In this document: one piece after another, positions 16,037-25,100 of the stretch | Layout of the letters: each line of letters starts with the position of its first letter | Position numbering within the stretch: position 1 is the stretch's first letter | Origin: an uncultured virus (IMG/VR IMGVR_UViG_3300043571_000263) | Lineage: Duplodnaviria > Heunggongvirae > Uroviricota > Caudoviricetes | DNA: 64,000 nucleotides | IMG/VR virus record: IMGVR_UViG_3300043571_000263 | Strand: one strand, 5' to 3' | Position numbers and translations under genes: made by a program | The notes under the pieces: generated by a model | The model's input: only the letters and a program-made list of their open reading frames with translations | Database searches by the model: none | What the model was told of the DNA's origin: nothing

Positions 16037-17382
16037 CCATATTGAATCTTGGACGATTGGGCGACAACATAAATCTGTTGCCTGTTGCCTATGCCGAACA
16101 CTTGGCTGGAAGGCGTTTAACATTTGTTACTGCTGGCAAATACAGCGAGATATTCGATGGTGTCACATATTGCGACATCAAAAGATACAGCGGAGACCCA
16201 ATAGAACTTCAATACGCCAAGGATTTATGCGGTGGCCTTACAGATTTGCGGGTGGCACAGGTGTTTATGAACCAAGATCAGCGATACTTGGAGCCGTCCT
16301 TTGCCAAGGAAAGCTACAGGCTGGCTGGGGTTTTGGATTTGTGGAGAAAGTTTCCTTATGTTCTCGATCGGCGCAGCCCTGAACGAGAGCAAGAATTACT
16401 CAATCAGATATTCCCCAAGGCTTATGATGTTGAGCCATTCATTGCTGTTGCCACGCATGGGGTGAGTTCGCCATTTCCAAATAGCGAAAAGATACTGTCT
16501 GGCTTGCGTGAAAGGTTTGCTGGCTGGAAAATTGTCGATCTTTCCACGATCAGGGCGGAAAAATTCCACGATCTGTGCGGGATTCTGGATGCGGCAAGCT
16601 GTTTAATCACGATTGATACCGCCCATCTGTGGCTATCCAATGTCACTAAATGCCCCGTAGTGACGTTAGTTAACGATGGCTGGCGTGGTAGCCCGCCCCC
16701 AGTAACAAGCGTGGCCTCGTTCAGATACAGGGATTTCCAGATAGACCAAATATGCGATAGCGTTGAATCGTGCATGCTTCCCCATGGTTCGGTTGTCGGG
16801 GTCGTGGATAGGTTCGGCAAGGAAAAGCGTCACAGAGAGGCCCACAAGAGCCAGCAAAGGGCATTCAGCATGATGTTTGGTAATACCGGAATCGAAAGAA
16901 CGGCACAAGATATTGGCGACCCAAGGCCATTGCCAATGCTCAAGGAAATGTTAAGAAGAGCGGTAATGTTTTCATCTGATAGGGACATTATCATTTGGAC
17001 AAACGATGATGTTAAGATTCTGGACTTGTTTCCACTTGTTAATCACGCACGAATCTTTGGCGCGGCAAGTGTTCGACGCGACCCCGCCCACATTGGCAGG
17101 GAGATGTTCGCCTTCCGTTGGGACTGGCTGGCAGACAGACTAAGAGATTTTCCAGACGTTGCGGTGGCCTGTCCTTGGTTTGATTTGGCGATTGCTGCTT
17201 GGATTCGCAAACAATTCGGATGGAACAGCACAATGCAAAATCTGGAATGGGATTTATACCCTTGCGAAATAGCCAACGATGGTCTATTTATCCATCCAGA
17301 CCACGAATCAAGCTGGACAGATAAAATGGAAATGCCAGCGGCGAAGTGGAACGAAAGAATATTCAAACAATTATTGCAATGA
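16033..17382 (+). CDS. Two-domain glycosyltransferase (GT9-like N-term + GT-A-like C-term)
   Basis: LGRLGDNI and ITIDTAHLWL (GT9-like); IIIWTNDDV. Confidence 0.65.
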   Translation: MTILNLGRLGDNINLLPVAYAEHLAGRRLTFVTAGKYSEIFDGVTYCDIKRYSGDPIELQYAKDLCGGLTDLRVAQVFMNQDQRYLEPSFAKESYRLAGVLDLWRKFPYVLDRRSPEREQELLNQIFPKAYDVEPFIAVATHGVSSPFPNSEKILSGLRERFAGWKIVDLSTIRAEKFHDLCGILDAASCLITIDTAHLWLSNVTKCPVVTLVNDGWRGSPPPVTSVASFRYRDFQIDQICDSVESCMLPHGSVVGVVDRFGKEKRHREAHKSQQRAFSMMFGNTGIERTAQDIGDPRPLPMLKEMLRRAVMFSSDRDIIIWTNDDVKILDLFPLVNHARIFGAASVRRDPAHIGREMFAFRWDWLADRLRDFPDVAVACPWFDLAIAAWIRKQFGWNSTMQNLEWDLYPCEIANDGLFIHPDHESSWTDKMEMPAAKWNERIFKQLLQ

Positions 17383-17912
17383 GAAAACTAAACTTAGGTT
17401 GCGGTGGAAACATTTTAGACGATTGGGAAAATCACGATGCAGATTTGGACATAAGTAAACCACTTCCACACGAAGACGAATCTATCGACTTCATTTTTGC
17501 GGAACATGTTTGCGAACACCTAACAACCCCAGACGTTGTAAGGTTTTTCATGGACGCTTACAGGGTTCTTAACGTTGATGGCGTTATCAGGATTGCCGTC
17601 CCAAGTGCAGACAAGATTATGGACAAAGCTGACGAAGCCTATCTTGCTTGGTTTGGACAATCTGGATTCGGTGACGGAACAAGACGTTCAGCCGTTCAGT
17701 CAATCCTATTGAATCACGGTCATCTTTCTGCTTGGAATTTCCCAATTCTAAAAACGTGTTTGTATGCCGCTGGATTTGAAGAAGCATACATAACTGAATG
17801 TAGGGTTGGCGAATCAAGCCATGAAGAACTTCGCGGAATCGAAGGCCACGGAAAGGTTATTGGAGAGCACAACAACAAAATAGAAACAATCGTAATGGAG
17901 GCGGTGAAATAA
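17379..17912 (+). CDS. SAM-dependent methyltransferase
   Basis: KLNLGCG, AEHVCEHL, RVL..DG.IRIAVP. Confidence 0.85.
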   Translation: MRKLNLGCGGNILDDWENHDADLDISKPLPHEDESIDFIFAEHVCEHLTTPDVVRFFMDAYRVLNVDGVIRIAVPSADKIMDKADEAYLAWFGQSGFGDGTRRSAVQSILLNHGHLSAWNFPILKTCLYAAGFEEAYITECRVGESSHEELRGIEGHGKVIGEHNNKIETIVMEAVK

Positions 17913-18475
17913 TGGAACTTGTAATGGATGGACACTTGGGAGGATTTGTTCGCGGCGGCGACCCAGACACATACGATACTGCGGTATGGTCAGAGTTAAT
18001 CAAAACGTTTAATCCACAAAACCTAATTGATATTGGATGCGGTGAGGGCCACTCGGTAAAATGGTTTGCTGACAACGGGGTTGATGCCATTGGTATCGAG
18101 GGTTCAGCCAAGGCATTGGACAATAGCCCAGTCAAAGACCGCATCATCCTCCACGATTACACCAAAGGCCCATACAAAGTTGAATCGGAATTTGACATGG
18201 CTTGGTCTTGCGAGTTTGTCGAACATGTTGAACCGCAATATGTCAACAATTACATGGCAACGTTTAATTCGGCGAAGATTGTAGCCATGACATACTCTGA
18301 ACCCAAATGGAGTGATGGGGGGCATCATCATGTTAATTGCCAACCCCAATCCTATTGGAACGACATCTTTGAATTCTGGGGATATCAATGGATGGAAGAC
18401 TTCTCGCGGGACTTGAGGTCTATTGCTACGGCGCGTTGGATAAAGCCCACCCTATCTATCTACCGCAAGAAATGA
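17912..18475 (+). CDS. SAM-dependent methyltransferase
   Basis: LIDIGCGEG, CEFVEHV, GGHHHVNCQP..YW. Confidence 0.85.
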   Translation: MELVMDGHLGGFVRGGDPDTYDTAVWSELIKTFNPQNLIDIGCGEGHSVKWFADNGVDAIGIEGSAKALDNSPVKDRIILHDYTKGPYKVESEFDMAWSCEFVEHVEPQYVNNYMATFNSAKIVAMTYSEPKWSDGGHHHVNCQPQSYWNDIFEFWGYQWMEDFSRDLRSIATARWIKPTLSIYRKK

Positions 18476-19116
18476 ATTACATCATTGGTTCGGGCTACCA
18501 TCGTCGCTGCGATTGGGACGAGATGATGCTTGGGGTTTGGAAAGCTAACACCGAAAGGTATTCCAACAACTACTATATCATGTCCACGGACTACAGTAGT
18601 GGATTAGAGGGTGACATCTTTCTGGATAACAACTTGGGTCATGTCGGAGACCTAATCAAAGAAGGTCGCGAAGGGCTGTGTGGCTGGTCGGCTTCTGTCT
18701 GTGCGCTGGCTATGATTGCCTATAACTGTGGTAGAGATTTCATTTACAAAGAAGCTGATTGCCTGTGGTTTGGGTGGGTTCCTGAAAAGATGTACGAGGA
18801 TATTGGTGACAAGGGCATGGTCTTCGGGGCGAAGATGGATGCTCCACCTTGGATGAATTGCGCCCAATCCACGTTCCTTATACGCCACAGTTTCATTCTG
18901 GGTTTCTTGCGGGGATACCTATTCCTCCCCCATGACAAGGATATGCTTCCAGAAGACAAATTTGTTAAGCTGGAAGAGAATAGTCCCAACAACTACGGGA
19001 GGCTTTCTTTCGGGGTTGACCGCATGAGACCGCTGCCTTGGGACGCCGAAGTATGGTATGCCCAGCAGTGGACGCAGGAAGAATTGGACGAGGCTAAAAA
19101 GCGGAAACTGATCTAG
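18472..19116 (+). CDS. Putative GT-A glycosyltransferase-like protein
   Basis: DFIYKEADCL (DxD-like), context in GT/MTase operon. Confidence 0.45.
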   Translation: MNYIIGSGYHRRCDWDEMMLGVWKANTERYSNNYYIMSTDYSSGLEGDIFLDNNLGHVGDLIKEGREGLCGWSASVCALAMIAYNCGRDFIYKEADCLWFGWVPEKMYEDIGDKGMVFGAKMDAPPWMNCAQSTFLIRHSFILGFLRGYLFLPHDKDMLPEDKFVKLEENSPNNYGRLSFGVDRMRPLPWDAEVWYAQQWTQEELDEAKKRKLI

Positions 19117-22100
19117 CGTCCAGAAAGAATACGAGCCATTTCCCTTTCGTTTTCTTTGGATTTACTTTTAATTTCCCTTCTTGCCCGATCCACCATACGA
19201 GCAAAGTCGGCATCGTTAAGCCTCATCAAGTAAAGCCAATCGGAAAGCGCGGCGAAGTAGAGAAGGCGTTGCTCTTCGGTTGTGAAGTTTTCCATCTCTT
19301 CTGGGGCCATAAGAGTCTTGGTTTCAAGAATAGCTTTCTTGCCTTGATCAAGCCCGATATCAAACATGCCCAAGCTCATGGCATTATCGAACGAGCGATA
19401 ACGCCAGAACGGAGAACGCTCTTTGGCGTATTGTGAAAACGATATAATCTCACCATCTTCACCCAATACGGTTTCATTTTCGGTCTGCATGGCGATCAGA
19501 TAGGCGGCATAGTTGAATGTATCTATAGTTGCCGCTTCAACAATCTGTCCAGAACCACCGACCAAAAGGTTGGCAGTAAATTCACCAAGGAACTGCCTCC
19601 AGCGTTTTGCAAAATCTTCGGCCTTTTTCTCTTCGTCTGGTTCATCCATGTCAACCCCGAATGCCGCATAAATCATTGAAACGCCAAGCCCAGTAAAGGC
19701 TGGCAGGGCAAAACGGCGGACGCTATGGAAGGCGACAAGACCACCAATAGTCGACGCAAGACCGAATCTTCCAGCAATGGTATCTCCAGATTTTGTGAAA
19801 GAATCGCGGGCATCAGAGTAAATCCTCATTCTTTGCTGGACGGCAAACGAGTTGAATGGAACAAAAATGGCCTTGAAAAGATTTTCCCAACCAGACTTTC
19901 CGCTTTGGACAAATGTTGCCATTTTGGTTGGATCAGAAGAACCTTGATAAATATCGGTCATCTGCTCGGCATAGGATGCGGCGTCCTGTCGGGCTGTGTC
20001 GGTTTCCAAAAGTTCCGCCTCTTTCTCCCATCCTTGGAAGGCAACTCCATCTTTGGCAAGTTGCGCCCGATAGTAAGTCATCCAAGCACCAGCCGCAAAA
20101 ACGTAGTCTGTTTTCTTTAGGGCAAGCAACCACACATCGGCAATTTTTCCAGCCTGTTCTTTGGCGGCGTCCCAACGACTTTCGCTCAAGTAACGCTCAA
20201 TCTTGTTCTGCGCCCCCTCCATTTGGTTGATGTATTTGTAGCCAGAAGAAGCGTCTCCACGGCGACCAATGGAGAACTTATCAAGAAGAGCCTTGGCGGC
20301 TTTTAATGCCGAAGGAGCCATGTTTTCAGCCATTAGATCGGCGCGACCAGTTGTTCCAATAGCCGCAATGATCTGGTCTGGAGCCTGTTTGAATGGCTGG
20401 TAAGCACCACCAAGGGCGATACCAGTGCCGATTTTGCGAGCAAACACCGAAAGAACATCAGCCGTTTTCTCAATGTATCCAGTTGACATGCTGCCACGGC
20501 GCATTCTGGAAAGACGCAAGCGATTAAGCCTTTCAATAAAGAATTCCTTGTTTGCCGCACCACCGAATAGTTTCTCGGATTCTGGCGTTTTCATGAACGC
20601 GAAAATTTGCTGCCAAGCTGGGCTTGTGTAAGCCTTGTTGATCTGATCAGACAAAGAATCAAACGCATTGCGTCGAAGGTTGAATTCAATTTCCTTGGGC
20701 TTGTTGGTTGTCTTGTCTGTTGGAAGCTGGGTGTAGTCGGCTCGCTTGATTGTATAGGAAGATTGTTTCGGGCGCAAACTGACATGCTCGTAATACAAAG
20801 CCTCATTTTCTGGGGTGATAGCAAGCGACACTCCAGCTCGAATAAATCCAATTGGAAGATAGTCGGTGTTCTCGTAGTTGTTTGCCTGATCATTGAAGTT
20901 CTCATCAAACCCCTTCAAGAACTCTTTGTATTTCGGGAAAAGCGTATCCTTGAGCCATATCACAGATTCATAGTTTGCTCTGTAATCGCGCTTGAGATTG
21001 TCCATGATATCACTGACGCTTTCTCCATCGAGTTGTTGCAATATGCGTTCAATACGATTCGCCATTTCGATTCGATCTGCGTCTTGAGATATGCGACGAT
21101 TGCGGATGTCCTGTTGAATCAGGTTGCGGCGTTGGGCCAAAGACTCAATCTCTCCCTTCTCTGGAACTTTCTGAATGAGAAATCCCACGACACCTTCAGC
21201 AAGGATGCCGTCTTGATTGCGGGCTGCTGCCTTGTATTTATTTTCAAGTTTATTGTAGAACTCGGCTATCTCTTCTTGGATTTGGTTGACCGCATTGGCC
21301 GCTGCGGTGAAGCCGCGATCCAGATCATACATGCCCATCATGCGGTAAACCTTGGCCATGGCCCCCTTTCCGAAAGCGTTGCGGAAAGTATCGGCAACGG
21401 ATTGAAGTTCCAACGCCCAATTTCTCCAAGTCTTTTGCAATGTGCGAGAACGAAGTGAAGGAAGAACATTTACCCATGCCTTGTTTTTGGCGATCAATTC
21501 TTCATTGCTTGCAGCCTCCTTGGCCATTTGCTGTCCCTTTGCCGTAACGGCAAACAATTCTGCGCCGTGGGTCTGGTTGTTGAAAATGATGTTGTTGCCA
21601 ACACGGATAAACTGTTGCTTCTCTTGGCTGCTAAGAAGGGATGGGTCTAGATTCAGAATTGAATCAAGAATCTTGCGTTGATCGTTTCGTAGGGAGGTTT
21701 GATCGTGTGCCTTGAGTCCGGCAAGAACGTCATTTGCTTTTTCGTTGATGATGGCTTCAGCGACCTCGCGCTTGGCATACTGCACCAAAGCCCGTTCAAT
21801 ATCCTGTGCATCAAGAATTTCCCGAATCCTGTCAGGGGACACTCCGTATTTTTCGGATAGTCGTTGTGTGACAACACGATCAAACGCAATCTTTGCCTCC
21901 TCGACAATATCTTCAGCTTGTGAAAGATAGCTGGTCATCTCATCATCTGGAACAACCAGATAATCAGGAGATACCACAGACTTGAATCCACGCATGTAGT
22001 AATTGACCACATCGGCAAACTCGCGTGGATTGTCCAACATGTTTACTCCAATCTTGGTGACGTTTGAAAGAATCTCTCGCTGTGGAGAAGCTATGGTCTT

Positions 22101-25100
22101 GCGCTTGGAAAGCTCTGCCGCCCTCTTCTGTGCCGCCTTGGCCTCGCGCAAATCTGCATCATAGTTTGTATTGGCTACAACCTTCTCAGCATAGGCTGTG
22201 AAAGATTCCATGGATTTCTCACTCGTCCAGATAACTTTGGCTGCGCGTTTGGCAAGGGCTTGCGCCTGTTTAGGGCGCACGGGGCCGCGAAGTTCCATGG
22301 CCTTAATCATCTCGACCACTTCGTTAGCTGTTTCTTGTTGGGCCTTCTTGGCTTCACGGTTCGCCGCCGCTCGCATCCGAATCTGATTATTCAGGAGCGA
22401 TCTTTCTGTAGCGGTGATCTTGACTGGAGGAACACGCACACCCGTAGTCACATCAATCAGACGCTGGATGACGGTCTTGGGACGCTTTGGATCGGCCTCC
22501 TTGGGAATCGACACACCCTCCGGAAGCCCCTCAAGAGAGACGCCCTCGGCGGTTTCGACACGCGCTTCTGCGATTCCCTGCTGGATATCGTATTGCTTGG
22601 CAATAGCATTGGCTACCCGCTTGGCATTGGCTGGGGTGAGGTTGGTATACTCTACCACCATGTCTTGGAGTTGGCGGGCATCTCCCCCTTGATCCATCCA
22701 GACAGAGGCTATCTCGCTGATCTTGTAGGTGGGTTTGTTTTCGGGGTTTGGCTTGGCCTCGGACGCCGCATCCACCTTGGCCATAGATGAGGCCATAGTA
22801 GATAGAGTAGATGCTTCGGGGCTTCCCTCGGAGAAGGTGGGGATGGCGTCTTCTCTGCGGGATTCGCGGATCTCTTCACCTCTTGCTGGTCGCGGAGTTA
22901 CGGTGATTCCCTGCTTTTCCAATTCGGCTTTTAGTGACGGGGTGACCGTGTTTTCTGGAATAGAAAGATTTGTGCCTTCAAGAAGATTTGAGATGATTCC
23001 AGCAACCTCGCTGTCAGGAACAATGCGGACAACCTTGGCGTAACGGGAAAGAATGACCTTGCGTTTCTTGTCGGCGGGAAGCTTGCTGCTCACGGGGCCA
23101 GCATTCCAGCGGACTTCGCCAACGGCATCCTTTGCGCCTTCTGCTTTGTAGCCACTGGTTAACTCGCTGGCGGGAACCTCGACTTCAACGGTAACAAGAT
23201 TATCTCTTTTGTAAGCGGACGAGAATTGATCGTTGAGCGGAGAAGTGGATGTGTGAAAATACGGGTTGTATGCTGCGGGGACTGTTGCTTTGTTGCCCTT
23301 TTGCAGAATGAATTTGCCTCTCTTGTCCAGCAAATCTGGACGCTCTTCGGCTTTTTCCCATGTTCCAATTTCTGTAGGCTTGCGGAGCTTGCCACCGACC
23401 AGCGCGGACATCGGAGGATATAGCTTACCATCAATGACTTGCATTGCTCGGTAAACACGGATCTTCTCGCCTCTTTCTAGTTGTTCTATTTCTTGTGGCG
23501 TTAGTTCGGTCTGCGATCTACGGCCCATATCGGCATCAACGACAGCTTGCTCGCCAACTCGCGCTTCCCTAGCCTCTCCTTGCACATTGATAAATTTGTT
23601 GTATGCCTGCTTGAATTCGGCGTTGATCTCGGAAACGTTTCGGGCGGCGATGTATTCGGCGGCTCGGCGGGTGAGCTTGTAGCCCAGCTTGTTGGCCCAT
23701 GCCTCAATCCGCGCCACAGCCCGTTCAAACCAGCGTCTGCCCCTCCATCCTTCGGCCAGTAATTCGACGGCTCTGGCGGCTTCCTCGGCGGTTCTAGCAC
23801 GTTCTGAGTAGCCCAGTCGGGTGATGGCATCGTTGATTTCTTTTCTTTCTTTCGGGGTCAACCCCGCCACCAAACGATTAAGCGCCCCATCGGCATTGGC
23901 GGATTCGGCAATCTCATGGTTCAAGACTCGTTCTACAGCGGCATCGTCTTTCAAGGCTGCGGCGTTTAGCTCTATACCTACCACCTTACCATCTCGGATG
24001 ATGGTGCGGCCCTCAAAGGAGGCATCGGGTTCATTGACCACCGATACGATCCCACCCCGCCCGAATCCCAAAGACTCTAGCTTTGCAGTCACTGCTTCGG
24101 GTTTCATGCCAGCAGGGCGCGGCATCTGGATCTTGGCATACCTGATATCCTCTTCTGTGGGCTGGAAGCGTTGGCTGGGAGGGATGATGTTGCCTTTGTC
24201 ATCGCGGGTGATTACTTCTCCAGATTTGATCTGATTCGGAGACGAAACAACGATCTCCCTATTTCCGATTTCTGGATTTGAGATCAAAACATCTATTGCG
24301 TTATCTCCGCGAAACTTGCTCCACAATTCGACTCGACCTTGGGTTGTGGATTCCAACGCAGTCAACTCTTGGTTTGTGCGTCCAATTCTATCTCCCTTCA
24401 AGTATGCCTTGATTAAACGTTTGCCATACTTCTTGGCATATTCTTTATCAGGAGAGAAAAAGAATAGCGAGAATCCCTCTCTTTTGAATGAAGTGAATTC
24501 ACCAGAATCGGTTCCATGCCACATTGGGCCAATGTTGTATCCAGCGCGATCCGCCGCCTCATCCACTAGGCGTTGTGCCACATCCAAATCTCCTCTTTCC
24601 ACCGCATCTAAATACTCTCTGTCTTGTTGAGTAAGGGGAGCGGGTTCCCTGCGGGATTCTCTTACTTCGGGGGCAGGTGACGGGGTTGCCCCTCTCGTTA
24701 CACCTGTGCGTTGCGCTTGTTGTATTCTTGTTTCAGTCGGCGCAACTTGTCCAAGTCCCGCAACACCAGTTCGTCCAGAAAATCTTCTACCTCCTCTTTC
24801 GACATCTTTGAACTTTTGTTCTGATTCGTCAATTGCTTCTCTGATGTCGTCTGTGGTGAACCCTTCATCGGTTGCCTCTTGTATGTATTCATAAGCTTGC
24901 TTTCTGTCTATTAAGTTTTTGCGTATAAGAAAACCGCTAAGTGCCGCCCTCTCAAGCGGAGTAAACGATTCAAGTATTGTGGCTGCATCGGTTCTGGATG
25001 CAACAACATCAGGGGTAAGCTGTCCATCGTCAAGCTTATCTCCCAATTTTACACCCTCATCTTTGTCCTCATCCATGGAGGACTCTATCTCGTTGATTTC

